A stretch of 64,000 bases of DNA from Octopus vulgaris (lineage: Eukaryota). A model generated the notes under the pieces. That model worked only from the letters and a program-made list of their open reading frames with translations. It searched no databases and was not told where the DNA came from. The position numbers were made by a program, and so were the translations under genes. The stretch lies in NCBI GenBank assembly GCA_951406725.2, contig OX597814.1, forward strand, positions 209,684,001 to 209,748,000, in the 5' to 3' direction. The number at the start of each line of letters is the position of its first letter. Position 1 is the first letter of the stretch. This document shows positions 12,721 through 26,700 of the stretch, one piece after another.

Positions 12721-13699
12721 TGCAAGCGAGGAGAGTAGTTTCTTCACTGGGGTAGTAACAGGGGAGAATTTGGGAGCTGAATTTGTGGTTATACTAACAG
12801 TTTTCTCGGTTGTTTGATTTGTCGGTGTCCCTGTTGAGTGCTCTTCAGTTTCCCGAGTTGGGGTGGGAATTCTTCAGGGGATGTTGATTTTCTTTTGTTT
12901 TTGCTTTTGTCCTCACTGGATGCTTTCCTGTTACTTGAATTATGGGAAAAGTATATGCTGCTACTGCAATAATAGGTTATGCTTTTATGGATATTTTGGA
13001 GATGGGTGCAAGAGTTACTTTAGACGGTAAGCCGAGTTCCGGGAAGATCCCTGAACATGCAATCGTACTGTTGATATAATACCCAGAGTTAGGAATAGTG
13101 GCAGATTTTGTTGTTAGTGCTATTGTAGCAGGGGTTGCTTTATTTATTGGGCGTCTTGTCCCTGGTAGAAGAGTGTAATTTCAGTCTTGGGATGTGTATA
13201 ACCACGTGGGTAAAGCAATGGCAGCATATTTTTGGATTTCGTTGTAGACATGTAGATGTTTTAAGGGGCAGTGGATTGTATATAGTTTTAGGTTTAGATT
13301 TTTTTGACTTCGATGAGATTGAAGCAGTGGAGGTTGGATGGAGAGGGAAAGGTAGTGTGGTTGAGGTATATCAAATCCTGCTTTTATAAGAACAATTAAA
13401 TACAAAGAAACAGGAAAAAAGAGAGATAAGAGAGGAAAAAAAGAAAAGGAAAAAGTGTGTGTGGAGATAAGTTAGAGGAAGATGGAGGGAGAGGGGGCGA
13501 CAGACCACACATCCCAAGACAGACGGTGTGCTTGTTGGGGTTGAAAACGGGCGGGGGTAGTAGTATTAATAGTGATAGTGGAATTTAGTAGTGTTGACGT
13601 TGAGGTAGTAATGGTGTGGTAAGGAAGAAAAAAGGAACGGTTGGCATTGGTCAAAGGCAGAGGTAGAGGGGAGTGGCTGAGGTAATACACTCACAAAAA

Positions 13700-13720
13700 C
13701 TAATTGTAGAAGAAGCGGCG

Positions 13721-13754
<34 letters not shown>

Positions 13755-13945
13755 TTACAGCAGCCCCAATGGTAGTAAAAGATGGTACCAATAACGACGA
13801 TGTCGATGATGATAGTGGTGAGTCTTTTGTGGTATGGTGAGTTAGAGGACTTTGATGATGGCGGTCGTCGTTGTGGATGCTGTTTCTCTGGTGGTAGTTG
13901 TAATTGTTGTTGTTGTTGTTTTTGTTGCTAATGTGGTTGTTGTGT
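13700..13945. repeat. Compound trinucleotide low-complexity region (CAG/TAG/GAT/TTG)
   Basis: Directly visible short trinucleotide runs. Confidence 0.8.
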
Positions 13946-14217
13946 TTGTTGCTGGTGCTCATCGCAGGCAGTGGTTAAGAGGAATATTTGAACGTGTTTA
14001 TCCTCGTGGTTAATTATGGTATGATATGAACCATCAATTTACTTCAGTTTCTTTCGAATTTATCTCTCTTGACAGTTACTAAAGGTTAACAACTCTTTTG
14101 GCAATGATATCTATACATGAGGCTGGAATGCTTTCATTTTGTTAAAGAATGACCCATGCGTTAATGAGAATGTTGATTTCGGACTCATTGCGATAATAAT
14201 AATAATAATCATAATCA

Positions 14218-14248
<31 letters not shown>

Positions 14249-14503
14249 AATAATGATAATAACAACAATAATAATAATGAAATTATAGTGTAGTGCTCAG
14301 GTGCACTACACTAGTAGACGTATTCGGATCATCTGTATAGATATTCCATAGAAATTATAGCCAGCACTAATATTGTTACTTTGTAGCATATTATAGTTGC
14401 ATAACGAAATACCATATGCCTACAAGTCATTAATGACAACCAATTACTCCACTCCGTTATTAGAGAATCCGCATAACCGGATTCTAGACCGGCTAATATA
14501 TAT

Positions 14504-14540
<37 letters not shown>

Positions 14541-14543
<3 letters not shown>

Positions 14544-15197
14544 TAAATAATAATTAATAAATATAAGGGTAGCAAAAAATTCTAGATAAAATTCTCCGCT
14601 ACCAGCGGTTCAGCGAGAAAGAAATTATAGTCAAAGACTATATACTATACATTCAACAATATAAGGAATGGCCATAATAGGACATTCGACTCACTAGAAA
14701 GAGCAGCCAAACTCAAACCGCAAATTAGTTGTAATTCTGAAATAGAAAGAGAATTAAAACGTTTACCCCTTTCATCTCTGGACTATGCATAGTTTCGGCA
14801 AACTTTGTTAAACAAATTAATTAAATTAAATTAAATTTATTTACAACTGGATGCCTCGTCAGCAGAGAAGCCAAGGACAAGTATATATCCACGAGGCGAG
14901 GGTAAGGAAGCCTCCAGTCTATATGCTATAAATTTTCAAAATCTACCGCAATCGCGCGGTCTTCTCAGCAGTAAATATAAAGTGCTAATTTAATTTCAAA
15001 ATTAGCCAAAAAGTTATTAATTAATAAATATAAGGGTAGCAAAAAATTCTAGAAAAATAGTTGTAAATAAATTTAATTTAATTTAATTGATTTGTTTACT
15101 AAAGTTTGCCGAAACTATGCATAGTCCTGTGATGAAAGTGTAAACGTTTTTATTTCTCTTTCAATTTCAGAATTACAACTATTAGCGGTTTGAGTTT

Positions 15198-15198
<1 letters not shown>
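14541..15198 (-). mobile_element. Non-autonomous Penelope-type / retrozyme-like element, 467-bp unit with hammerhead
   Basis: 36-bp direct repeat 14551-14586 / 15018-15053. Inverted copy 15059-15198 of ~14709-14848. Hammerhead at 14776-14867, (TA)n on both flanks, no ORF. Confidence 0.8.
14776..14867 (-). ncRNA. Type I hammerhead ribozyme
   Basis: Minus strand reads ctctg CTGACGA ggca-[AT-rich loop]-tgcc GAAAC tatgcata GTC cagag. Stem I ctctg/cagag, stem II ggca/tgcc, palindromic stem III actatgcatagt, GUC cleavage triplet. Confidence 0.9.
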
Positions 15199-15291
<93 letters not shown>

Positions 15292-15510
15292 CGTGTGTGT
15301 GTGTATGTATATATATATATACATGCATATATACATATATATATACATACACACACACATATATATATATTCGAGTATGTCTATTTATTCAAATGTATTG
15401 GATGAATCTACACTCATGTATTAGTGGTACATAATATCAAGTAGAAAAGTTGGTAATTGCATAAACAAGGGTGTGGAAGCATGTGAGCATATAAAAACTA
15501 GTGAGTAATT

Positions 15511-15722
15511 GAGTAAATGAGCAAATGAGCAGATTGCCACTAAAACCGAATGGGTATGTGGGTGCTAATTCCTTACGGCCGTTTCTGCCAAGAGGCAACG
15601 AAATCTTCCAGATTATCTCAACCTCCTTACTCTCTCTATCGTTGCCTCGTGGCAGAAACGGCTGTAGGAATTAGCACCCGCATACCCATTCGGTTTTTGT
15701 GACAATCTGCTCATTTACTCAT
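15511..15722. repeat. Inverted pLTR pair (arms 15511-15600 / 15640-15722) containing the hammerhead 3' half
   Basis: gagcagattgccactaaaaccgaatgggtatgtgggtgctaattcc and its reverse complement. Motif tgcc-tctt-ggca GAAAC ggcc GTA agg. Confidence 0.85.
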
Positions 15723-15749
15723 TTGCCCAACTGGGATGAAAAACTACCT

Positions 15750-16520
15750 ATGTGAAAAAAGACACCAAAACCGGAAGTAATTTTACATTGATAAACAAAG
15801 TTTCTAGTCTTAGAATTACTGCTAAGGACATGAATGCGATTGGAATTTATATGAAAAACACTAATATAGTAGTCTTTATTGTTCAAAGAATGGTTGGTGT
15901 TAATAATATCAATGTTATTATTTTCATTAAGTGAGTTGGTATTTAACAACTTATTGTTATGTGAAGAGATTATTTGTAAAAAGATTTTTGGTGTTTGAAA
16001 ACCCTATTCTGATTCGGTGTGAATCGATAATAGAATGGTATCTTAAATCTTTTGGGAAATTCTTATCTATAGCTTCACGGAACTGGTAAGGGAGGTTGGA
16101 TTTGATCTGCTTACCATGTGGAATTATCAACCAAACAGTTTTACTAGGACATACCTTGTTATTAGGGTAATTATCTTTAAAAGTCCTAGATGTACTTTTA
16201 TAATAAAAAAAGGAGGCTTAAATAACGGTTATCTCCCTTACGGTGCAAAACCTAATTTTTCGATGTAGTGTTGTTATTCGAACTAAAATTTATATTGTTA
16301 TTACCATTATGCCCTGATTTCATGTCCTGATAAATAGAGGTAGAATTAATGTCAATAGGGTTAATATACATAATATTTTCTTTACAGCCTGCTTTAAGTA
16401 AAGCAGATTTATAAAATGCGGTTTTTTCATTGAAGATATCAATATTGGCAGATAATCTAGAAAGTCTACGTGAAATATTTCTAAATTCCCTGTAGTAGCC
16501 TTTGTATGATGTCTAACAAC
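15750..16520 (-). mobile_element. Naiad-type Penelope-like element fragment (RT thumb and linker)
   Basis: Minus translation RLSANIDIFNEKTAFY..ALLKAG and WLIIPHGKQIKSNLPYQFREAIDKNFPKDLRYHSIIDSHRIRIGFSNTKNLLQIISSHNNKLL aligns by eye with the ORFs at 60343-61699. Confidence 0.8.
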
Positions 16521-16564
16521 CTTTCAGTCTGTCGTCAAAATTATCAAAATTCGTCAGTATATCG

Positions 16565-16599
<35 letters not shown>

Positions 16600-16689
16600 T
16601 GTGTGTTTGAGAGAGCCATATGGACAATAATATTCCGAACGTACAGTCATACATATACATACTGACTACCATACATGCTGATATATATG

Positions 16690-16870
16690 ACACAACATAT
16701 ATTTATATATAGTTGAATTTTATAGGAGAACAGAAGACGAAAACAAGTGTATGCACAACAAGCAAGTGTGTTAGTTTGACGCTCGGGAAAATGAGAAAGT
16801 CTTTTACGTTTCGAGCCTGCGCTCTTCAGTAGAAAGGTACAAGAGAAAATAAACAGAGTGAGAATGAAAA
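16690..16870 (-). mobile_element. PLE pseudo-LTR remnant with minimal hammerhead-like motif (16801-16836)
   Basis: Minus strand reads cttt ctactgaa GAGC gcag GCTC GAAAC GTA aaag. Same family as 55575-55700. Confidence 0.6.
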
Positions 16871-17018
16871 ACCTGAGAACCCTGTTCTTTGGACTTGCAT
16901 ATCTGAACCACTTTCCGAACTTTCAGCACCTCTCCTCATTCACATACTAGCACTCTATCCGGATTACCACTGGATCTACTGATTCTGCCTTTACGGATCT
17001 CAATGGAGATTTTCGTTC

Positions 17019-17070
<52 letters not shown>

Positions 17071-17075
<5 letters not shown>

Positions 17076-17229
17076 AAGGAGCTTCTACAGGACTAGAACT
17101 GGTTTTTTTTTTTTTGAATGAAACAGTTCTAGTCCTGAAGAAGCTCCTTCTATAAAATAAATTAATTTACTCTGCTATGTATTGAGTACCTTATTAACTG
17201 TGGTTAACCAAGACTCAACCCGGGACCTA

Positions 17230-17233
<4 letters not shown>
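17071..17233. repeat. Fold-back pLTR remnant (arms 17071-17101 / 17124-17154) centred on a hammerhead 3' half
   Basis: tatagaaggagcttctacaggactagaactg pairs with cagttctagtcctgaagaagctccttctata. GAAAC agttcta GTC lies at the centre, with (TA)n on both sides. Confidence 0.8.
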
Positions 17234-17291
<58 letters not shown>

Positions 17292-17496
17292 TATATACGT
17301 GTGTGTCTGTGTGTATATGTGTGTGTGTGTAAATAAAGGCGCGAAACTGAATATTACCAATTGGTGGATAGCTGATGACTAATTACGGACATTTTGCTTG
17401 CATCCCTTTCGTTTGTGCATTCAGTATACGTCATTTCATTCGTTTTTTTTACCATATATTTTTCATTTACACCCACACACACACACATGTATATAT

Positions 17497-17863
17497 CGCC
17501 GCAGAAGTAGCTGTGCGATGGTTCCTGGTGTATAGCACCTTGTTCAAGTGTTTTCTACTATAGACTCGGACCAACAAAAGTCTTGTGAGTGGATTTGGTA
17601 GACGGAAACTAAAAAGAATCCCGTCTCATATGTATATATATATATATATGTATATATACATGTGTGTGTGTGTTTCTCCCCCACCATCGCTTGACAACTG
17701 AAGTTGGTGTGTTAACGTCCCTGCAAAATAGCGGTTCGGCAAAAGAACTGATAGAATAAGTACTAAGCTTACAAAGAAAATTCCTGGGGTCGATTTGTTC
17801 GACTAAAGGCGGTGCTCCAGCATGGCAGCAGTCAAATGACTGAAACAAGTAAGAGAATAAAAG
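17497..17863 (+). mobile_element. tRNA-derived SINE family A
   Basis: Reverse complement of 45632-46050. Confidence 0.85.
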
Positions 17864-17929
17864 AAAGCATGCACTCACACGCACACGCGCACACACACAC
17901 ACATATATATATATAGATAGATAGATAGG

Positions 17930-18313
17930 AGGAAGCACTCCGTCGGTTACGACGATGAGGGTTCTGGTTGATCCGAATCAACGGAACAGCCTGCTCGTGA
18001 AATTAACGTGTAAGTGGCTGAGCACTCCACCGACACGTGCACCCTTAACGTAGTTCTCGGGGATATTCAGCGTGACACAGAGAGTGACAAGGCCGGCCCT
18101 TTGAACTACAGGTACAACAGAAACAGGAAGTAAGAGTGAGAGAAAGTTGTGGTGAAAGAGTACAGCAGGGATCACCACCATCCCCTGCCGGAGCCTCGTG
18201 GAGCTTTAGGTGTTTTCGCTCAATAAACACTCACAACACCCGGTCTGGGAATCGAAACCGCGATCCTATGACCGCGAGTCCGCTGCCCTAACCACTAGGT
18301 CATTGCGCCTCCA
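17930..18313 (-). mobile_element. tRNA-derived SINE family B (OR-type), full length
   Basis: Head ggaggcgcaatgacctagtggttagggcagcggactcgcggtc and B box ggtttcgattccc. Near-identical to 30006-30374. Confidence 0.9.
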
Positions 18314-19687
18314 TATAGATAGATAAATAGACAGATAAATATATGTGTTTGTGTGTGCGCGTAATTTTGCGCTATTTTTTTTACATAACACCTACAATGT
18401 TTCGGCATATATGTGTATGTGTGTGTGTATGTGTGTGTGTGTGTGTGTGCGTCTGTGTGTCTGTGTACAACATATATACATATATATATACTCTAATGAT
18501 ATACTTTTAAACGTTCAAGTATTTGCTAATGAATTTTCAGCATTAATTGTCAGAAGAAATTAAAGTCATTTCAAAATTAAGATGGGTTTAACGATAACTC
18601 AAACTGGCATTTTGACAATTCATCACTCTACAATCATTGAAAAATAAACAAAAGCAATGAAATTCTTGTCCCACGCCACCGTTTTGAATCTAACAATAAA
18701 CTCCATTCAGGTTTTATGAGGAAATTTATCAGGAATTTTTTTTACACATTTTCTGCAATATAGAAAATTAAATATAAAAATGACCATTGAAAGGCAGTTT
18801 GTAAAATCATTTATTAACAGCGACGAAAAAGAAAAAAAAGAAATAACAAAAGAAATAGGCTTAACTGCCGAGCGAAGTGAAATGTATAAAACATTAAAAA
18901 GGGAATTTTGATTGCCTTTTTTTGTTATCATGTTTTCTGCTATTATTCATTGTTTGACAAACATAACATATTTATTTCTATTTTAGTTATACAACGAAAT
19001 TTTAAATATGTCAGTTTGCTAGTAAAATGTTAAAGAAATCAACGAAACTACGTCTACGTACGCTTTCAAATTATAGTTAATCTTTCTAGAATATGCATAT
19101 AATTACTGTTGGTGCTTAGTTTTGAGCTGAATAGACTTTAATATAGTAGGACTTTGTAGCAACTACATCCTATCTGTTCTTGTTTCCTATGTCATTTAAA
19201 GTGTCCAAATCGAAATGAAGTAAAATAGAATACATTACGTCGAGAGAAATAGAATACAAGAATACAGTACGTACAGTGAAATGTCGTAAAGTCATGTAGG
19301 ATGGAAATTAAATCCCTTTTATATTACTGATTCCATCCCGCTCTAAGTAACGGGTCAGTTCTTATCAAAAGCCCTTCACATATGTAATATATGCATCTGT
19401 ATATACCACCAATTTAAAGATTAGAAGAAGCAATTCGTCAATTAGAAAAATGTTGGTGGCACGAAAGGATAGGGCTGCTATTACGAAGACATGTTAATTG
19501 TTACCAAATTATGATGATGACATTCTCATAACACCTAAACTTAGTATCATAAGATACCATAAGAATCTAGACAAGTCCGAGCACTTATTTGATGCTCACC
19601 TATTCTACGCTTGTACTGTCGTCTCCTCACCAACTATGTGTGTGTGTGTACATGTATACATACATACACACACATACACACACAAAC

Positions 19688-19735
<48 letters not shown>

Positions 19736-20049
19736 GTATAAGTTAGAGATGTTTAAAACCTCTAAGGAGTGGTTAAATCCAAAGGCGATCCTTGTGACTA
19801 GCTGCGTAGGTATATTACTTGGTAAAAATATACGGTAGCAGGTAATTCAACGGGTAAACCGTAGTTTAGATTATATGCAAGAAGTAAATGGAGGAAAAAT
19901 AACAGGAAGAAGTTGGTCGTTTGCGCTAGTAAGCCATTAATTTAATTAATTAATAAAGTACAATGGTAGTAATAGTACATTTACGATAGTTTCTGTTTAC
20001 AAGTTGTGGTGGTAGACATCATCAGATTGCGTAGTCATATGTTGAGATG

Positions 20050-20650
20050 AGAAAAGCGAAAGACATAAGGATACATTGGTAACAAGAGTAAAGACAAAGA
20101 ATGGTGAGGCTTACATTATAATGGATATAAGACTTCGTACGCTCTCTTCGCAACTGTTTCGCGCCGACTTAACGGAAGCTAAGCTTGTTATAGAAGACTT
20201 CATATTCAAAACCATGACTAATTTGCACATAACATACCATTTCATCGATGATCACTCGTTAGCATCACAAGGTACCACAAATCAACAATGCTCGAATGCT
20301 AAAAGAGTACGTGTAAAACGGTTTCGACGCTTTGTTCACAACTTGATCAGCCCTGGCTAAGAGAAATTCCGAGACTGAAGAGTTCATATATATCTGGCAA
20401 TCATCATCGATAGCACTGCCAGTCCAGGGAATTTTGAAAGTTATACATAGTTCTTTGGCCAAAATTTCTCCGGAAGAGAGCAGTCAGTTTATTTCATGAA
20501 TTTTCCCCGAGAACCTCGTTGCTTATCCCCACAATTAAACTCCTAGAAAACGCCAACGTGGATGTTCCACCAACCACATTGTCCACGCTCATAGAGGGCT
20601 GTCTGTCCTTGACAGTACTTGTGTTCATTGTCTAGGAATCTTCCTTGCTG
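20050..20650 (+). mobile_element. Highly decayed Penelope/Poseidon-type RT fragment
   Basis: TYHFIDDHS-like segment and PPTTLSTLIE..VLDSTC, resembling the PxTxTLxRLAELVLTxNxF motif. Many stops. Confidence 0.3.
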
Positions 20651-21901
20651 CTGCTGACTCAGCACATCTCTACACAGCAACCTCGTTAACCGAAGACCTC
20701 ATCAGAAGGTATCGGCAGCAGATAGACAACATAGCCAGTAGAAATCATCTTTAAAAAAGGAGAAAAAGAAAAAAAATGGAAGAGCATAGGTCCCTATCTA
20801 GTGAAACTGGATCGAATTTTGCTTTTTATTTTTCTTATAATGGGAACATTGATGGTGATGGTGATGGTGTGGTGTTGTCCCGTCAAATCTCATAAGTATC
20901 TGCTTTGGGCTTCTACTTTTCTATGTTTGTTTGTGCGTGTCTCCTTACGTTGTGTAATGAAATTTATGAATGAGCCAATTCGAAGGAGGCGGAGAGTGGT
21001 TGCGCTCCTCCTCTTTGTCTCCATTGTAGGCTTACCTAAATTTCCAGTATTTAATTCTGGTGACAAATCCATCATCTTTATCTACACCATATAAGCATGC
21101 AAAAGAACATGAGGATAAATTTCTTTCTTTTATAGGGTCGAGCGACTCTTCGCGTCGCTCTCTGTAACAAGTCTCGAAGCCAAATCGCCTGGTACCTGTG
21201 ACGGCTGTTTCTGCCTGCATACCTTGTTCAAAACTCCTCGACGTCTGCATGTGTCGCCCTTTGAACATGTCTATATTCTACACCTATCTATTTCTCTAAT
21301 TTTATGATTTCTCATGGTCTGGTCGCCTTACTGCAGTTCGCTACTCTACAAGACGTGGAACTTCTTATTGCCGTGGGAGTGCTGATGTTATTTTTTGGTT
21401 TTAAAAAGCTCAAGTTGTGGCTAGTGGCAGAGAAGATGTTCCTATTGTTTTTCTGCACGACGACAGAATCCGTGATAAGGGTGATGGTGTTTCCTAGTGC
21501 GATTTGAATTTATTGAACTGGGGGTGGCAATATTCTCATTGTCAATGAAAGCGTAGTTCAGAAGCCGTTCGTTGATAGTTTTGTGTTGTTGCAGTAGTGA
21601 TGGCAGGAATTAGTGACACTAGAAGAAGAGTCTAGTCGCTGGAAGAAAAGGGAAATTTTGAATTAGTTCTTAGAAATTATCTATCAATGTTCCCGCTTTC
21701 TGGTTGGCAACAAATATATTACTTTCTACGAATGTAATTTTAAGAATGTAAATTTTAAATATATTTCATTTCAACTCTAACAAATATTCATACTAGTAAC
21801 GAAAACAATCACAATGAAGTCCCTAAATGGTTAAACAAACAATGATTGCTTTTAAACTTACGGACTGAAAAGAAATACGTCTGAAAAATTCAATAGTTAT
21901 C

Positions 21902-21968
<67 letters not shown>

Positions 21969-21972
21969 TAAC

Positions 21973-22020
<48 letters not shown>
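21902..22020. repeat. (AAT)n microsatellite
   Basis: Directly visible. Confidence 0.95.
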
Positions 22021-22366
22021 CAAGAAAATTGCTTTCTTAGTGAAGAATATTATGGAGAGAATATTTTTCTTCTTACTTTTACCTTTTAAAATTCTATTCT
22101 ACGACACTTGAAAATCATATTGATTTGAGGTTGGGAAAGAACAAAAAATAGATTTACAATGATAAATCTATTAGACGAGACTTTAGTGATCTTTCCTGAA
22201 ATGAATTGCGAATTCATGTCGAAACACTATTAGCCGAGCGGTATTCATTATTCAACGACATCAAAGTTTTTAGATACAAAGTTAATAGATACAGGCTAAA
22301 GGGAAACCATTATTTTTCATTAATTTGAAGAATACATAAATAAGACGTATAGCACAATGACGATGG

Positions 22367-22399
<33 letters not shown>

Positions 22400-22599
22400 A
22401 TAATAATCTTTCCTCTCAACTAATATTTTACTAGTCCTTTCTGTATTGGCCACATGATCAGTACGCATCCATTCAAAACATATTATGTAAAACGAATACA
22501 AAGAAACGTATTGTGGTTTACGTAAGCAATAAAATAGAGGAAGGGCAAAAGCGTAATACAACTTAACAAATAAGGGCAGCACGTCCGCCTTCGGTCTCA

Positions 22600-24349
22600 T
22601 AGTTCAGAGAAGTTGATCAGGGCTTAAGTTCTGCTCTCAACCCTTTCAAGTTAGTCCGTTATATCCCTAGCGCCATAGCCCCCAAACAAGGAACCACTGG
22701 ACAGTAGGGTGATCTTTACAACAGAATGATCTGACAACCAGCTCTATCCAGAGTGGAGAAAATATTAGTCGATTATAAAAATATATTGCAACTCTTCTTG
22801 TTATGTTATAAACCATTTTTATTAGGGAAGTGGACTACGCAGTCGACTGAGCCATCTTTCGTTGTTTACCTACATCTCTGCGTTAAGAGTCCTGATCCCT
22901 TCGAATTGATCAATGAAATAAGTACCAGTCATATACTGTGTCGATTAATTACTCGAGACCCTTTCGCAAAGTGTCTTTTAACGTCTCCATCTTAGAAATC
23001 AACATTAATACGTTCTTAAAAGTTCCATTCAAATCTTTCACTGCTCCACATGTCTGCTTAATTAGGTCTCCAGTATTGCCCCATGGAAGAGAGGGGATTG
23101 TGTTTATATCAGATTTTATCTGCTGTTGGTTTTGTCTTGTTTGAATTCATATTGCTCTTTTTGTAAAGATCTTTTGAAATATTAGAAAGTAACCATTGGA
23201 GAATATATGCTGTGAGATATGTTTCACTGAACTGAAAAGAGCTTTATCAAGAATTATGTAAGGTACGGAGGTGATCTAATGTTTAGCTTGTGTATAAAGT
23301 CGTGAGTGCTGATATGCTATGTACATTTTTAATGCGGTTATTTTCTTTTTATAATCCATTCTGATACTTCATAATTCGCAGTTTGGTTGTTTCTTTTGTT
23401 CATTGATAAGACATTTTTGTTTTCATAGCAGGATGATGACTTACTCAAAAACGATCACTATGGATATCAGGGTGTAGCGGCTTTCCTTCACTTTATATGG
23501 GTGGATTGCTATGATTTTTGCATGCCAGCATAAACAAACGTCACAGCTGTTTCTAATATTGTTGTTGAAATGAAGTGAATTTGCAGTTTTCATGCAGAAT
23601 GCAGCTCATTATCTATTGGATATACAAACTACCTTGTCATGGATATTTTTTTTTGTTTTCGCATGGTGGAAGAATCTGGAAATGAAGTGGCTGTCAATTT
23701 TCCTGGTATTTTGTTTTGGCGAGGAAATAAACCTGTGCAGTACTACAACTATTAACGTATAACACTTTAGCCATTGAAGAGTTTCACTCCCCCCCCATTT
23801 ATATGTCCTCCTACAGAATAGTCATTAATTCAGCGTTTTTCAATGGTCTTTGGAATTTAAGTTATATATTTTACATCGTGTTTTCATACTTTGTATATTA
23901 TATAATGTATAATTACCTTAGATATAATTAGCGTCTACTTTGTACGTTGTTTTCTGATATACAAAAATTTATGATATTTTAGTTTCTCAACTGTTTCTTG
24001 AGTACTATACTTATTAGTATATCATTACTGGGTATTTCTGTAGAGTCATTGTGCCTGCACCCTAATAGAACTCAATTCGGATCACACCCTTCCCTAGTAT
24101 CACATGAAAACAATATCTTATACTCTTTTTACTCTTTTACTCTCTTTTACTTGTTTCAGTCATTTGACTGCGGCCATGCTGGAGCACCGCCTTTAGTCGA
24201 GCAAATCGACCCCGGGATTTTATTCTTTGTAAGCCCAGTACTTATTCTATCGGTCTCTTTTGCCGAACCGCTAAGTGACGGGGACGTAAACACACCAGCA
24301 TCGGTTGTCAAGCAATGCTAGGGGAACAAACACAGACACACAAACTCAT

Positions 24350-24382
<33 letters not shown>

Positions 24383-26700
24383 CGACAGGCTTCTTTCAGT
24401 TTCCGTCTACCAAATCCACTCACAAGGCATTGGTCGGCCCGGGGCTATAGCAGAAGACACTTGCCCAAGGTGCCACACAGTGGGACTGAACCCAGAACCA
24501 TGTGGTTGGTTAGCAAGCTGCTTACCACACAGCCACTAATTACTTTAAGATAATGACATTAGGATGCAGAGAACAGTTTTATTAGTTATCTATATATATA
24601 TATAGGCGCTTCACTCCATTTAACAACTCATTCAAAACAGTGAAGCTGTAGTTTAAAACTACAGTTTACAATTCCTATCATCTTATTTTCTTATCTCAGT
24701 ACAGGGAACCTATTGTGATATTAGTTTCTATGTTGTATCTTACTCGTTAATACTTGTATTGTTCTATTGTAATGCACAAATTCCAGCCTTAAATAAAACG
24801 TAATATCTTGCATTTTAATTAATTTCCCTCTTTTTAGATTAGCTGTGGCATATTCGTTTACTTTTACACTCAGGTACCACTAGCAAACCCGGAACTCCAA
24901 GAGGATATAGCCACTTCTTCATTATGTTATGTTATATCACACTATGCTGATGCGGTTTCATATAATCCAAACATGCTTTTTTACAGACTACATGCTTGCT
25001 AACAAAATATTAGATTTTTCTTTTATGCATAATAATTTAGTTTTTTTTTTTTGTTTTTATTAAACAGGTTCACATTTTGTTATGAGAGTTGCTAATAATT
25101 TACCACGAGGTTTTTTTTATCTCTCCTCAACTAAAAAAGACAAAAATCACCCCACAAAAACAATTATATTAATTTATGTATGTCATTTAGTATATGACCA
25201 CTCGCCTAAAACATGTACTATGAAGTTAACTGTTTTTCAATACAATTGTAAACACTGAGGATTTGATTTATAAAATTGTCGGAATAATAGTAGGGTAAAG
25301 TATATTTCTGAAAAATGGTGTTTCTGATTGTATTTACGATCTATTTCTTTTGCATAGTATTTATTTTGCATTGCTGTTAATAATTTCTATTCTGACATGG
25401 CGTATTTGTTTATATACTAGCATAATAAAGATGCTATTTTCTTTATTTGCATTGTTCCTTTTACCCAAATTTTGGGAATGCTGACGAAAAAATTTAGTTA
25501 ATCTATACATCGAATATTATTACTTTTGTTTTCTATTTCTAATAATTACTAGGTCTTTCAACAGGTATCATTTCTATCTACATATGATTTCCCAATACTC
25601 CTACTGTTCCTAATGTAAAATAATATCTTACAAGTAGCCGCAAACGTTTTGAAGAGTGTGAATATCAGGAATAGATTTATGTAGTTTCCGTAAACAAATT
25701 ATTGACCTGTTGTTTTGTGCGTTACTGAAGCGTTTACTTTTGGGAATAAATATTGTCTCGTCAACCAATAGGTCGTCGTTTTCGGATGTGTAGTAATTCA
25801 TCGAATACTGTTTCTGTAGCTTCCTGCACAATTGCTAATTACTTTTAACAACAAATTGGGGAACTTTATCGATTTCAGGAGCATTCCAGCATTAACGGCG
25901 TTGATGATCTTGATAAATACACACCTTTCTTGGGCATTTGTTTCCTAATCTATTGTGGGGGGTTATTATTATACTGTACAATTCCACTTCATCTGCTTTT
26001 CTTGTATAAATGAATTTCTGCTGCTGAGGCTACTAATGTTTTTTATGTTATTGATGAAATGATATAATATTTTAGTATTTGTTTCAAAATATACGATGTC
26101 GGTGAGAAAAAAGCAGCCGTGTTTATCAAATCGTATTTTACAGTACATCTTTGGTTTGATAATTTGTTTTAGTATATCTATTTTTTGTTACAAGGAGCTC
26201 TCCCGTTTTCTGGATATTGGATTTTCTTGATATATCTTTTACGCGTTTTTCTTTTCCCATTTCTATTTAACCTTTTATGGAGCTTTGCTAACGATGTTCT
26301 GGATTTGTTATTCCGAAATAATATACTTTGTTTCGACTATTTATGTGGGTCTGCGTGAAGGCTTGGTTCATACTATTACATTAGAATCCAGTTACCTTCG
26401 ATAATGCTATCTTTAATGATAGCTTTCTTGTATTAAGGGTTGCTTCTGTAGCAAGAATTACGGGAAAGGCTTATAATTGGCTATTATTTTCCCAAAATAT
26501 TTGTTTCTGTAGATTGGAAAGATGCTTCCGCTGATCAACATATATCTATTCAGTAATGACTTCTCTTTTCTTCCTTGCTCTTCTTTTGTTGCTATAGTCG
26601 CTGTTGCTGTTGTTGATGTTGCTTTGACTGTTATTTCGAGCATATCCAAATACTGAGTAATGATGCCGTCGCTGACCCTTCGTTTTTTTTTTTGTTTTTT
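22600..26700 (-). mobile_element. Old, heavily decayed R4/Dong-type RLE LINE, interrupted by a SINE at 24122-24537
   Basis: Motifs in the expected order on the minus strand: WNAPEIDKVP (WKAPGPDKI, ~25860-25890), FIPK..NNRSIICL (ORF 25628-25831), SIPKIW (DSIPHxW, ~25470-25490), YKHNP (~23095-23110), PVVPCLGA (PVVIGALG, ~22680-22710). Confidence 0.6.
24122..24537 (-). mobile_element. tRNA-derived SINE family A (young copy)
   Basis: Minus-strand A box TGGCTGTGTGG and B box GGTTCAGTCCC. Near-identical to 34465 and 45632. Confidence 0.92.

Noticed and set aside
14693-14711. Similarity of the CTAGAAATAGC motif to the Cas9 sgRNA scaffold, or a CRISPR array
   Set aside because: A short coincidental tetraloop match. 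There is no regular repeat-spacer array and no cas gene in this eukaryotic context.
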